Positions 35,092 through 43,970 of a stretch of DNA of 58,032 nucleotides are shown piece after piece (the first letter of the stretch is position 1; every line of letters starts with the position of its first letter). The notes under the pieces were generated by a model. That model worked only from the letters and a program-made list of their open reading frames with translations. It was not told the DNA's origin and searched no databases. This stretch comes from a virus. The stretch spans positions 1 through 58,032 of IMG/VR virus record IMGVR_UViG_3300013947_000006; one strand, written 5' to 3'. The position numbers were made by a program, and so were the translations under genes.

Positions 35092-35339
35092 TGGGTAAGC
35101 TTTCCATGGAGGTTACAATGCAGCGTCGCAGTGCTGAAGTAGACATTGGTACTTACTGGCATAAGAAGCTGGGCATAGATATGGGTGTTACCCCTTGTCA
35201 TATACTTGGCTTATTCCAGGAAAATGACGGAGAAGATTACTATCCAGTTTTTGTATGTGAGTTGAATGATGGACACGTTATTACTGCTGTGGCATCAGAC
35301 GTACGCTTCACAGATACAGAAGGAGGTATAATATCATGA
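35091..35339 (+). CDS. Hypothetical protein (82 aa)
   Basis: ORF track; translational coupling on both sides. Confidence 0.6.
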   Translation: MGKLSMEVTMQRRSAEVDIGTYWHKKLGIDMGVTPCHILGLFQENDGEDYYPVFVCELNDGHVITAVASDVRFTDTEGGIIS

Positions 35340-35497
35340 TTACAGTTACTGTAGTTCAGTGTGCATGCATTCTCTTCTCACTTGTTTGTCTTGGACAAGC
35401 TATTAAGAAAGATGCAACTAATTTTGACAAAGTTTTGTTCGGTGTATTTTGTTTTCTGTTTTTGATAATGTGCATCGGCTTACAGGGGGTGAGATAA
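35336..35497 (+). CDS. Hypothetical small membrane protein (53 aa, two hydrophobic segments)
   Basis: Hand-translated MITVTVVQCACILFSLVCLGQAIKKDATNFDKVLFGVFCFLFLIMCIGLQGVR; ATGA and TAATG couplings. Confidence 0.45.
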   Translation: MITVTVVQCACILFSLVCLGQAIKKDATNFDKVLFGVFCFLFLIMCIGLQGVR

Positions 35498-36171
35498 TGC
35501 TTCTTATTTCGATAGATGGCGCGTGCCGCCGCAACGGTAAGCCCGACTGTGTTGCTGCTGGTGGGGTTTTCATTCAGCAGTTTGACAAAGACTTGCATCT
35601 TCAGCAGACAAGCATTTTGTCTAACTATGAGATGGCGTCTACAAACCAGCGTGGCGAGCTTCTTGCTTTACTTACTGCTTTGGACCATATTTGGACTGCT
35701 AAGCAGCCAACTCAGATTGTTACTGACTCTGAGTACTTATTCAATGCTATGACCAAAGAGTGGTACAAGAGCTGGCGGCATAAAGGCTGGGTTACAGCAG
35801 TTGGTGAGCCCGTTAAAAACCGCGATTTGTGGCAGGAGATTTCTAAGGCTTACTGTAGATGTGATGATGCTGGCATTGAGATTACTTTCTATCACATCAA
35901 AGGTCACTGTATTCCATTTGGTAAAGTCACTGCTAATACGCTGTTGACAAAAGATACCACAGGGGCCAACCTTATGACAGAGGTACTTCTTAAGTATGAC
36001 TCAGTTTGTACAACTACAAAGAAGGACTTACTTGAGCAAGCAAATGTTCTGTCTGAAAAGAATAATGGATTTAAGCTTCCGCCTGATAAGCTTAGACAGT
36101 TTGTAGTTTCTAACGTAATGGCTGACGCAATAGCTACTAAGTGTGTAGAAGCGGCAGACGCGTTAATGTAA
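35497..36171 (+). CDS. Ribonuclease H (RNase HI-like)
   Basis: ISIDGACRRNG, NQRGEL, VTDSEY, HIKGH blocks (DEDD pattern); GGGGGTGAG RBS before ATG 35497 (internal Met of ORF 35449..36171). Confidence 0.8.
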   Translation: MLLISIDGACRRNGKPDCVAAGGVFIQQFDKDLHLQQTSILSNYEMASTNQRGELLALLTALDHIWTAKQPTQIVTDSEYLFNAMTKEWYKSWRHKGWVTAVGEPVKNRDLWQEISKAYCRCDDAGIEITFYHIKGHCIPFGKVTANTLLTKDTTGANLMTEVLLKYDSVCTTTKKDLLEQANVLSEKNNGFKLPPDKLRQFVVSNVMADAIATKCVEAADALM

Positions 36172-36203
36172 CAGGCAGTAACCAATGGTTCGTAAAATGT
36201 GAT

Positions 36204-36232
36204 TTTACAACTTCACATTTTTATGATATAAT
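36204..36232 (+). promoter_or_regulatory. Sigma-A consensus promoter for 36287..37069
   Basis: TTTACA-17 nt-TATAAT with TGA extended -10; -35 embedded in dyad aaatgtga/tcacattt; 8-bp 5'UTR hairpin cttaaggg/cccttaag follows. Confidence 0.7.
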
Positions 36233-36286
36233 AAGAATATCTTAAGGGACAAGCCCTTAAGGACAAATCAGAAGGAGGATACTTTT

Positions 36287-37069
36287 ATGAGTAACGAAAA
36301 CATGAAAGCTACTGAAGAGGCTTTGGTAGCACAGCAGCAGGCAGCACTTGCTACACAGTCTGAAGCACCTATGGGCTTCGAGGATGAAGATGCCGGGGAT
36401 ATGATTATCCCGCGTGTTAAGGTGGTGCAGACGCTTAGTCCTGAAAGAAAGGACAAGCAGGCTAATGAAGGTGACATTATCAATTCTCTTACTAAGGAGC
36501 GTTTGAATGGCAAGACTTTCATTCCTGTCTTTAAGTTCAACAACAACATTGACTGGAAAGACCGTGCAGATGGCGGCGGTATTCAGTGTATCGCTCGTGA
36601 CGGTAAGGTTGGTGAGAAATCTGATGGCTCTCAGGTAATGTGTGCATCTTGTAGGCGTTGTGAGTTTGATAACACCAAGCAGGGTAAGGAAGCTCTTCCT
36701 AAGTGCACAAAGTATATCAATTTCTTTGGCTTCTTCGCTGGTGAGCGTATGCCTATCATTTTAAGCTTTGCAAAGACAAACTACAATGAAGGCAAGAAGC
36801 TGTACAGTTTGGCTAAAGTAACCATGCAGAATATGTGGAACTACGGTTATGTACTTAATGAAAAGCTCATGGCTAAGAATGGTAATGAGTGGTACATCGC
36901 AACTGCTACACCGGCAGGCGCAACAGGCGAGGAAGACCGTGCATTTGCATTGGAGCTTTACAAGTCCTTCCGTAACACTATTCAGGATGTTAACTTCGAC
37001 GTTGAAGATACTGGTTCTGAATCTACTTCCGGTGGTGCAGCCCCTGACTTGGATAAGACTGAATTTTAA
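36287..37069 (+). CDS. Hypothetical protein; candidate ssDNA-binding/annealing protein
   Basis: 260 aa with a four-Cys cluster (CIARDG...CASCRRC...C) and an acidic C-terminal tail ending DLDKTEF; own promoter; upstream of primase-helicase. Function inferred only. Confidence 0.35.
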   Translation: MSNENMKATEEALVAQQQAALATQSEAPMGFEDEDAGDMIIPRVKVVQTLSPERKDKQANEGDIINSLTKERLNGKTFIPVFKFNNNIDWKDRADGGGIQCIARDGKVGEKSDGSQVMCASCRRCEFDNTKQGKEALPKCTKYINFFGFFAGERMPIILSFAKTNYNEGKKLYSLAKVTMQNMWNYGYVLNEKLMAKNGNEWYIATATPAGATGEEDRAFALELYKSFRNTIQDVNFDVEDTGSESTSGGAAPDLDKTEF

Positions 37070-37082
37070 TCTAAGTATCAAG

Positions 37083-37117
37083 CAACGCGGCGACACAACG
37101 CCGCCGCGTTGTACTTT
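37083..37117 (+). terminator. GC hairpin between 36287..37069 and the primase gene (terminator/attenuator)
   Basis: caacgcggcg ... cgccgcgttg 10-bp stem followed by tacttta. Confidence 0.45.
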
Positions 37118-37131
37118 AAGGGGGTTGTCAC

Positions 37132-40101
37132 ATGCGCTGGAGTGAATACACTAATCGTATTCTCGCTGAGATAGACAATGAAGCCTTCTTTATGAATGAG
37201 CTTAAGAATATCCAGCGAAGAGGGCAGGAGATAAAAGCTGAATGCCCATTTAAGGAACTACACGAGTCACAAACAGACAACAATCCCTCGCTTACAGTCA
37301 ACTTAGCTAAAGGCGTTTACTACTGTAATAGCTGCCATTCTAAGGGCAACATACATACTATGTATAAGCACTTGTATGGCTTATCCAATGAAGAGGCTTG
37401 GTTCCAACTTGGTGACGCTTTGAAAATCCCAAGACCTGACGGTACCAAACCTACAAGACCAGATATTGATGTTGGATTGATACAGGAGTACCATCAAAAG
37501 CTTATGAGCTTGACCGGTCCAATAAGGGACATGTTGAAAGAGCGAAGAGGGTTAACTGATGAGACTCTGAAAAGGTTTCAATTAGGTTGGGATGGAGAGC
37601 GTATTACCATTCCAATTTATGACGAGTATAACACGCTTGTCAATTTTAGAAGGTACAAATGGAACTCAACTGATGACCAGTGGAAAGTACTTAACTATGT
37701 AGATGAATACAACAATTCTTATGGTGAAGTCCGTATATTCGGAATAGACCAGGTTGTAGACCCTGATGTAGAGTACATAGTCTGGGCAGAAGGTGAGATG
37801 GACCGTATATGTGCCGAACAGCATGGTTTCCCTACAGCTTGCGCCACATCTGGTGCTGGTACTTGGAAACCTGATTGGACGAAGCTTTTTAGAAATAAGA
37901 AGCGAGTCTATCTGGCTCAGGATAATGATGAGGCTGGGCGTATTGCGACGCAGAAACTTTGCGAGAAGTTGTATCGCGTTGTAGATGTCTATGTTATTAA
38001 CTGGCCTGAGAACTTCCCTGCTAAGGGAGACATTACAGACTTCTTTACAAAGTGTGGTCAGACGTCACAGGATTTCCAAACACTTCTTGACAACGCCACG
38101 CGCTACATCGACCCATCAATGGTTGAGGAGCGCGTAGCCGATGAGTCAGAAGCACAGGAAGTTCATTTGTCAGACAGTTCAGAAGCTGGTTTCTTTGGAA
38201 AGCGCTTGAGAATACCCGTCATGGTAAGTGGTAAGGATAGTACGCCTTACTTGTGTCCTAAGGTTATTCGAGCATTCTGCGGAGATGCAGCAGATGGTGA
38301 CAATAAGAAATGCTCAAATTGTCAGCTTGCCCTACACGCTGGTGAAATGGAAAAGACATTATCGTCCGTAGATAAGGACGTAATGAAACTTATCAAGTGT
38401 ACAGAAAAGCAGCAGATGGCTGTGATATACGAAATGCTTGGAGTCAATCCAAGATGCGACCGTTGCATGATAGAAGTCAAGGAGCACATGAACCTTGAAG
38501 AGCTGAGGCTTATTCCAAAAGCTGAAGCGAACTTCGGTTTCTCTAAAGAGCACGAATATGTAGTACGTACGGGATATTATATAGGGAATAACCTCAAAAC
38601 TAACAAGAGATACACCATGGCTGGTTATATGTATCCTGACCCTAATTCTCAGTATGCTACGTATGTGTTCGATAAGGCTTATCCAGAAAAAGACCTAATC
38701 AGTGACTTTGAACTTAACGAAGAAACGCTGGAGCACTTGAAAATGTTTCAGGTAAAACCAGGTCAGACTATCCGTGAGAAGTTCGATGAAATCCATGCAG
38801 ACTTGGAGCGTAACGTTACATATATCTGGGAAAGACGAAATGTAGCTTTTGCAGTAGATTTAATTTATCACACTGTGCTAAACTTCTATTTCCAGGAGCA
38901 GTACGTTAAGCGTGGTTGGGGTGAGCTTCTTATTATAGGTGACTCAGGACAGGCCAAAACTACAATTGTTGAAAGACTGATGCATCATTACAGACTTGGT
39001 GAATTACATTCTGGTGAGTCTTCAAGACGAACCGGTTTGGTCTATAACATGCAGCAGAATAATAAACGATGGTTTCTTGTTTGGGGTGCGTTTCCTCTTA
39101 ATGACGGAGGTTTGCTTACCATCGATGAGCTGTCAGGTTTAAGTGAAGATGACTTGGCAGTTATGTCCGATGTTCGTTCTAGTGGTATTGCAAAAGCTAC
39201 AGGAGTTATCACGGCTGAGACCACCAGTAGAACACGTGCTATCTACATTTCTAATCCTAGAAATGGTCGCCAGCTTAACTCAGAAACGTATGGTGTAAAT
39301 GCTGTGCTGAAGCTTATGGGCAAAGCAGAAGATGTTAGACGTCTTGACCTTGCAATGTCTGTTGCATCCGGTGACGTTGACCCATCTCTTGTTAACAGGT
39401 CTCTTAAAGACCTGCCACCTGTTCCACATGTATACACATCTGATTTATGTAATACTCGTGTGCTGTGGGCATGGAGCAGAAAGCCTGATGACGTTATCAT
39501 TACTGAGGACGCTACACAGCGCATTCTTGAATGTGCTACAAAAATGGGTGCTAAGTATTCATCTAAAATTCCTATTGTTGAGGCAGCTGACCAACGTATC
39601 AAAATTGCTCGTCTCGCCGTAGCCGCGGCATGCTGCGTGTTCTCTTCGGATGAGACTGGCCAAAAGGTTATAGTTAAGCCTGAGCATGTTGACTTTGTTG
39701 TAGATTTCATGGACGAGCTCTACTGTACGAAAAGCTTTGGCTATGACCGCTTGAGTGAACAGGATATGGTTACATCTGACACATCTGCTAATAACATTAG
39801 TAAGCTGAGGTCTCTGTTCTTAACACTGCCTCTTGTAGATGCTAATGAAATGGCTAAGATACTGTATCAGTTACCATACTTCAGCAGAGCTACACTTGAG
39901 GACTACACAGGCCTTTCAAAGGATGATTTGAAGATGCTGTTAAAGTATATGACTAATAATCATCTAGTAGATAAGGTTAAGGGTGACTATAGACGTTTAC
40001 CACTGGGTACTGAATTGTTTGAAAACTTAACTACAGTGCCTGTTACAAAAGCAGAAATTGAAGCAGCTAGAAAAGATTTCTATAGTGCTGCTGATATGTA
40101 G
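37132..40101 (+). CDS. DNA primase (Zn finger + TOPRIM) fused to MCM-like AAA+ helicase
   Basis: CHC2-type finger CPF...H...CNSCH; TOPRIM AEGEMD...LAQDNDEAG; MCM-like Walker A GDSGQAKT, Walker B TIDELS, sensor ISNPRNG, RRLDL arginine-finger-like block. Confidence 0.8.
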   Translation: MRWSEYTNRILAEIDNEAFFMNELKNIQRRGQEIKAECPFKELHESQTDNNPSLTVNLAKGVYYCNSCHSKGNIHTMYKHLYGLSNEEAWFQLGDALKIPRPDGTKPTRPDIDVGLIQEYHQKLMSLTGPIRDMLKERRGLTDETLKRFQLGWDGERITIPIYDEYNTLVNFRRYKWNSTDDQWKVLNYVDEYNNSYGEVRIFGIDQVVDPDVEYIVWAEGEMDRICAEQHGFPTACATSGAGTWKPDWTKLFRNKKRVYLAQDNDEAGRIATQKLCEKLYRVVDVYVINWPENFPAKGDITDFFTKCGQTSQDFQTLLDNATRYIDPSMVEERVADESEAQEVHLSDSSEAGFFGKRLRIPVMVSGKDSTPYLCPKVIRAFCGDAADGDNKKCSNCQLALHAGEMEKTLSSVDKDVMKLIKCTEKQQMAVIYEMLGVNPRCDRCMIEVKEHMNLEELRLIPKAEANFGFSKEHEYVVRTGYYIGNNLKTNKRYTMAGYMYPDPNSQYATYVFDKAYPEKDLISDFELNEETLEHLKMFQVKPGQTIREKFDEIHADLERNVTYIWERRNVAFAVDLIYHTVLNFYFQEQYVKRGWGELLIIGDSGQAKTTIVERLMHHYRLGELHSGESSRRTGLVYNMQQNNKRWFLVWGAFPLNDGGLLTIDELSGLSEDDLAVMSDVRSSGIAKATGVITAETTSRTRAIYISNPRNGRQLNSETYGVNAVLKLMGKAEDVRRLDLAMSVASGDVDPSLVNRSLKDLPPVPHVYTSDLCNTRVLWAWSRKPDDVIITEDATQRILECATKMGAKYSSKIPIVEAADQRIKIARLAVAAACCVFSSDETGQKVIVKPEHVDFVVDFMDELYCTKSFGYDRLSEQDMVTSDTSANNISKLRSLFLTLPLVDANEMAKILYQLPYFSRATLEDYTGLSKDDLKMLLKYMTNNHLVDKVKGDYRRLPLGTELFENLTTVPVTKAEIEAARKDFYSAADM

Positions 40102-40112
40102 GAGGTACGTAT

Positions 40113-40214
40113 ATGTCCTACAAATCACCAAGTTATTTAATGCAGTGCTGGTTAGCTATCAAATGGAAGCTAAAAGAACTATTCAATATAAGGAGGAATA
40201 ATCATGGAAAATGA
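40113..40214 (+). CDS. Hypothetical micro-ORF (33 aa)
   Basis: TAGGAGG 7 nt before ATG 40113; overlaps the next gene start; hand-translated MSYKSPSYLMQCWLAIKWKLKELFNIRRNNHGK. Confidence 0.3.
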   Translation: MSYKSPSYLMQCWLAIKWKLKELFNIRRNNHGK

Positions 40215-40455
40215 AATCCGTTATTATCTTGGCCAGATTAAGAAGGCCATGGCAGAACCTACTGAAGTAGATGGAAAGGCCTTTGTGCCTCAGTACATCG
40301 TAACAGCTGTACAGCTTCCTACAGGAGCTGTTGAGCTCGCAATCAATGACAAGGAGATTGCAAGCAAGATTGATTATATCTTGGAGGCATACGACGACGA
40401 TATGCGTCTTAAGGCCAATACCAGCATTGTGATGAAGAACATCATGGTTGTATAA
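40204..40455 (+). CDS. Hypothetical protein (83 aa)
   Basis: AAGGAGG RBS; ORF track. Confidence 0.65.
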   Translation: MENEIRYYLGQIKKAMAEPTEVDGKAFVPQYIVTAVQLPTGAVELAINDKEIASKIDYILEAYDDDMRLKANTSIVMKNIMVV

Positions 40456-40718
40456 TGACTCGTATTGTGCATTGTAAAAAGGCACCATACGACGTGTATA
40501 TAGGCAGGCCTTCCAAATGGGGTAACCCTTATGTAATAGGTCCGGATGGCACTAGAGAAGAAGTTATTCAGAAGTATGAAGAACACGTGCGTTCTAGCAA
40601 AATACTGATGAGAGCTTTACCGAGTCTTGCTGGTAAGACACTTGGATGCTGGTGCCCTCCAAAGCCTTGCCACGGCGATGTGCTAATAAAAATATTGAAA
40701 GAAATGGGGTACGACTAA
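40455..40718 (+). CDS. DUF4326-like protein
   Basis: YIGRPSKWGNPY ... LGCWCPPKPCHGDVL signature. Confidence 0.65.
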   Translation: MTRIVHCKKAPYDVYIGRPSKWGNPYVIGPDGTREEVIQKYEEHVRSSKILMRALPSLAGKTLGCWCPPKPCHGDVLIKILKEMGYD

Positions 40719-40719
40719 T

Positions 40720-41712
40720 ATGGATATTTTGAAGTATCTTCCTAACTGTACTGTGTTCTCTACAGTTAAACAGGAAGACGATGAAGAAGGCTGGCTTAAG
40801 GCCAGAACAAGAGGTATAGGCGGTTCTGACGTAGGGGCCATCTGTGGAGTAAGCCCGTTCACATCTGCTCGTCAGATTTACCTTAATAAGACAGGTCAGT
40901 TTCAGGATGCTCTAAAGCCTAATGAAGCGGCAAAGGAACGTATGCACTTTGGCCATATGCTTGAGCCTATTGTAGCGGATGAATACTCACAGCGTACAGG
41001 CAATAAGGTCATTGCAGTAAATGCTACACTGGTACATAAAGATTATCCGTGGGCATTAGCAAACGTTGACAGACTTATTGTAGATGACGATGGAAGACCA
41101 GTAGGTATTCTTGAGTGTAAAACTACAAGCGAGTACATGAATGAAGAGTGGGAGTCGGGCGAAATTCTGATGTCTTACGTCTATCAGCTTAACTGGTACT
41201 TATGGATTTTGGGCTTAGAGAAAGGTGCATTTGCATGCCTGGTTGGTGGAAATAAGTTCTATTATTATGATGTGTTCAGAAATGACGAACTGCTTGAGAA
41301 TACTATTATTCCTGCAGCGAAGAAGTTCTGGTTTGAAAATGTGCTGGCACTCAAAGAACCTGAAATGCAGTCGACAGACACTGAATTTGCAAACAGTATC
41401 TACGGTACAGTCGTAAAGAACTCTGAGATTACTTTGCCGGATGACGAGACTAATGAGCTTGCCCGTACAGTGTTTGATTGTAAAGCAAAGATTAAAGAGC
41501 TCGAAAAGATTATGGCTGAGGCACAGAACCGTATTAAGGACCGTCTGCAGGATAATGAGATTGGTTATACTAAAGACTACACCATTAAGTGGTCGCCTCG
41601 CTCACAGAACCGAGTGGACACAGAAAAGCTCAAGACTGAATTTCCTGAAGTCTATGCTCAGGTTCAGAAGAAGATTGAGTTTAGGGCTATGTATGTGAAA
41701 GGAGTGCAGTAA
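40720..41712 (+). CDS. YqaJ/lambda Exo-like recombination exonuclease (PD-(D/E)XK)
   Basis: N-terminal RTRGIGGSDVGAICGVSPFTSARQIY block; DRLIV...ILECKT catalytic pattern. Confidence 0.8.
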   Translation: MDILKYLPNCTVFSTVKQEDDEEGWLKARTRGIGGSDVGAICGVSPFTSARQIYLNKTGQFQDALKPNEAAKERMHFGHMLEPIVADEYSQRTGNKVIAVNATLVHKDYPWALANVDRLIVDDDGRPVGILECKTTSEYMNEEWESGEILMSYVYQLNWYLWILGLEKGAFACLVGGNKFYYYDVFRNDELLENTIIPAAKKFWFENVLALKEPEMQSTDTEFANSIYGTVVKNSEITLPDDETNELARTVFDCKAKIKELEKIMAEAQNRIKDRLQDNEIGYTKDYTIKWSPRSQNRVDTEKLKTEFPEVYAQVQKKIEFRAMYVKGVQ

Positions 41713-42119
41713 TGAAAATTAAGCTTATTGACTTTGGCTATAAGAATGCACCAAGCAGAAAGCATGAGAATGATGCAGGTGCTGATGTACACTCTATGAA
41801 GAGGGTTGTAGTTTTTCCGCATACAACAGAAAAGATTCCACTTGGCTTTGGTCTGGAATTACCTGACGGATATGCGGCATATGTATTTCCGCGTAGTGGT
41901 TTATCTTCTAAAGGAATTGTATGTGAGCTGCCACCAATTGACTCTGGCTACAGAGGTGAGGTGCACGCTATCGTATCTAACGTATCTGATGAGCCTTATC
42001 AGGTAGAAGAGGGAGACCGCATTGGCCAGCTGGTTATTATGCCAGTAGTTATTGCAGATTTTATTGATTATGACATTAAAGAACGCGGCGATGGCGCATT
42101 TGCATCGACCGGTAAATAG
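41712..42119 (+). CDS. dut: dUTP diphosphatase
   Basis: All five dUTPase motifs: AGADV, PRSGLSSKG, IDSGYRGE, GDRIGQLVI, RGDGAFASTGK. Confidence 0.92.
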   Translation: MKIKLIDFGYKNAPSRKHENDAGADVHSMKRVVVFPHTTEKIPLGFGLELPDGYAAYVFPRSGLSSKGIVCELPPIDSGYRGEVHAIVSNVSDEPYQVEEGDRIGQLVIMPVVIADFIDYDIKERGDGAFASTGK

Positions 42120-42131
42120 GAGGATAAGAAT

Positions 42132-42317
42132 ATGGCAGGAGCAATTAAACATATGGAGCGTAGCCACCGCGCTACAGCAGCAAAGAGAAACTCAGGAACA
42201 TTCAATCATTTCTACAGAAATGCCTATGCAACAGGTGTTGCTAGACAGCAGAAAAAGATGACCTTTGGACAGCACCTTAAGAATATGCTGAAACGTGCAG
42301 CAGGAAAGGAGTCTTAA
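42132..42317 (+). CDS. Hypothetical basic protein (61 aa)
   Basis: TAGGAGG RBS; ORF track. Confidence 0.55.
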   Translation: MAGAIKHMERSHRATAAKRNSGTFNHFYRNAYATGVARQQKKMTFGQHLKNMLKRAAGKES

Positions 42318-42319
42318 TC

Positions 42320-42592
42320 ATGGCAGAGAATAAAATTTCTTGTACAGTCGAAATGGACGGTAAATCTACAACCTCTGACGATTTTGTAGCTATCCTGTCC
42401 AAAGAAAACGGAGACGCTTCTATCTTCTATAATACTGATGCACTCACGCTTGGTATGGCCATGAAGATGGTTGCTAGAGCTTTTGTGGAGTGCATGAATG
42501 AATGCACTGAACAGGAGCGTGCAGAAATCACAGATGTATTAGGCGCAGCGTTTGTTGCAGATAAACCTGTAGAGGAGGGTCAGCATGCGTAA
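42320..42592 (+). CDS. Hypothetical acidic protein (90 aa)
   Basis: ORF track; tightly packed in the operon. Confidence 0.6.
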   Translation: MAENKISCTVEMDGKSTTSDDFVAILSKENGDASIFYNTDALTLGMAMKMVARAFVECMNECTEQERAEITDVLGAAFVADKPVEEGQHA

Positions 42593-43439
42593 CATTGAAG
42601 TAGCAGTACTTAATGAAGCTCATGATTGTCCGGCAGGTATGATGATGTTTTTGGCCAAGCTTACACAGCGCGGCCATAGCATTCATTGCATGGATGATTT
42701 GTTGAAGCTTTATAATGAGTCTATTGGACATCACAAAACAGCAGTAAGCGTTGCTAATCTGCCTCATGGAACGATTAAGAGATTTACACCTATCACAGTC
42801 GCAATCGTTGGTGCATCTCGCCGTTTTCTTGCACAGGCTAGAACGCACCAGGTTGGTTTTAACTATGTATCTGCCTCATTGCAGTATAGTGACTATACAG
42901 GCAAAGCCGACTATGTAGTTCCATATGCTATTATAAAGGCAGATTATGAAGGCAATCGTTGCGCATACGAGTTTGCTGCTGAAAGTAAAACTTCTGTAAA
43001 TGAAGAGAACCTGGACATCTACACCAAGCTTTACTTGAATAGCTGTGCAGACTCTATGGAGACTTATAGAGAACTTGCTGAAGCAACAGATAATGATACA
43101 GCTGGTTATGCTGCGCCGCAGGGCCTGCGCAACATCTTGATTATGCAGGCTAACCATGAAGCTTGGATGCACTTCATTAGACTGCGTGGTTGCAACAGAA
43201 ACACCGTCGAAACACAGTATGTTACAATGCGCATTTGGGAAGAGCTCTTGAAGACATCTGATGGTGATGAGATGCTTCACTTTGCCGGACCTGACTGTAT
43301 GTATGGTATGTGCAGAGAGGGTAAGATGAGTTGTGGTGAACCACTCAAGAAATATGTAGATAAGCATAAGGCTACTGGCGTATCAGTTCCTAGACTGATT
43401 ATTGATGACAGATGGCCATTATTGAAGGAGGTACAGTAA
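42585..43439 (+). CDS. thyX: ThyX-family (flavin-dependent thymidylate synthase-like) protein with a divergent signature motif
   Basis: Alignable by eye to ThyX: ...ASRRFLAQARTHQVGFNYVSASLQYS (vs RQxxRHRxxSxNxxSxRY) and NHEAWMHFIRLRG...ETQY (vs NARSLxNFxxLR...AQxEI). Confidence 0.6.
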   Translation: MRNIEVAVLNEAHDCPAGMMMFLAKLTQRGHSIHCMDDLLKLYNESIGHHKTAVSVANLPHGTIKRFTPITVAIVGASRRFLAQARTHQVGFNYVSASLQYSDYTGKADYVVPYAIIKADYEGNRCAYEFAAESKTSVNEENLDIYTKLYLNSCADSMETYRELAEATDNDTAGYAAPQGLRNILIMQANHEAWMHFIRLRGCNRNTVETQYVTMRIWEELLKTSDGDEMLHFAGPDCMYGMCREGKMSCGEPLKKYVDKHKATGVSVPRLIIDDRWPLLKEVQ

Positions 43440-43440
43440 T

Positions 43441-43758
43441 ATGTATAAGAACAGAGAAGAATTACTTAAAGAATTAGAAGGTGCGAAAGTTGACAGAGAC
43501 GATGCACTTGCAAGTGCTGAAAACTCTAAGAAGCGTATCGAGCAGTTACATGCTGAGCTTGAAGAGTATAAGCAGCGTGATTGTATGAAAGCAGAGTTTG
43601 ACAAGGGTGCTAATCAGATTAAGATGCTCTACGATAGCTTTGTAGATGCTGGTTTCACTGCTGAGCAGGCTTTCGGTATTATCACAGCTATTCTTCCTGC
43701 AATGTTCAATCCGGCACAGGCTCCAAGTGTTGACAGACTTTTAAGAGTGTTACTGTAA
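43441..43758 (+). CDS. Hypothetical coiled-coil protein (105 aa)
   Basis: ORF track; TAATATG junction. Confidence 0.6.
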   Translation: MYKNREELLKELEGAKVDRDDALASAENSKKRIEQLHAELEEYKQRDCMKAEFDKGANQIKMLYDSFVDAGFTAEQAFGIITAILPAMFNPAQAPSVDRLLRVLL

Positions 43759-43970
43759 TGCAGTTTGAAGATGCCTTAAGAGAAGTAAAAGCTGGTAAAG
43801 GCATGCAACTACCTCAGTGGAGCCCTGAGGTAGTCATAAGATGTCAAGTGCCTGATGAGCATAGCAAAATGACTTCTCCTTATTTGTATGTGGACAGTCG
43901 CTTTGGCAGAGTGCCTTGGCGTGAAACATTTCCAGAGATGTTCGATTGTAGATGGGAGGTAGTAGAATGA
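43758..43970 (+). CDS. DUF2829-like protein (Tad2-like candidate)
   Basis: MQFEDALREVKAGKGMQLPQW ... VPWRETFPEMFDCRWEVVE follows the DUF2829 pattern (FxxALxxxKxGK ... PW ... DW.iv). Confidence 0.6.
   Translation: MQFEDALREVKAGKGMQLPQWSPEVVIRCQVPDEHSKMTSPYLYVDSRFGRVPWRETFPEMFDCRWEVVE

Noticed and set aside
34928-35098. ATG-initiated 56-aa frame (MCLIQMSIFVMRVDAH...) between the ligase gene and 35091
   Set aside because: The translation is hydrophobic/basic nonsense that overlaps the next gene out of phase. The GTG frame (34930..35091) ends in a TAATG coupling and looks protein-like, so I preferred it, with low confidence.
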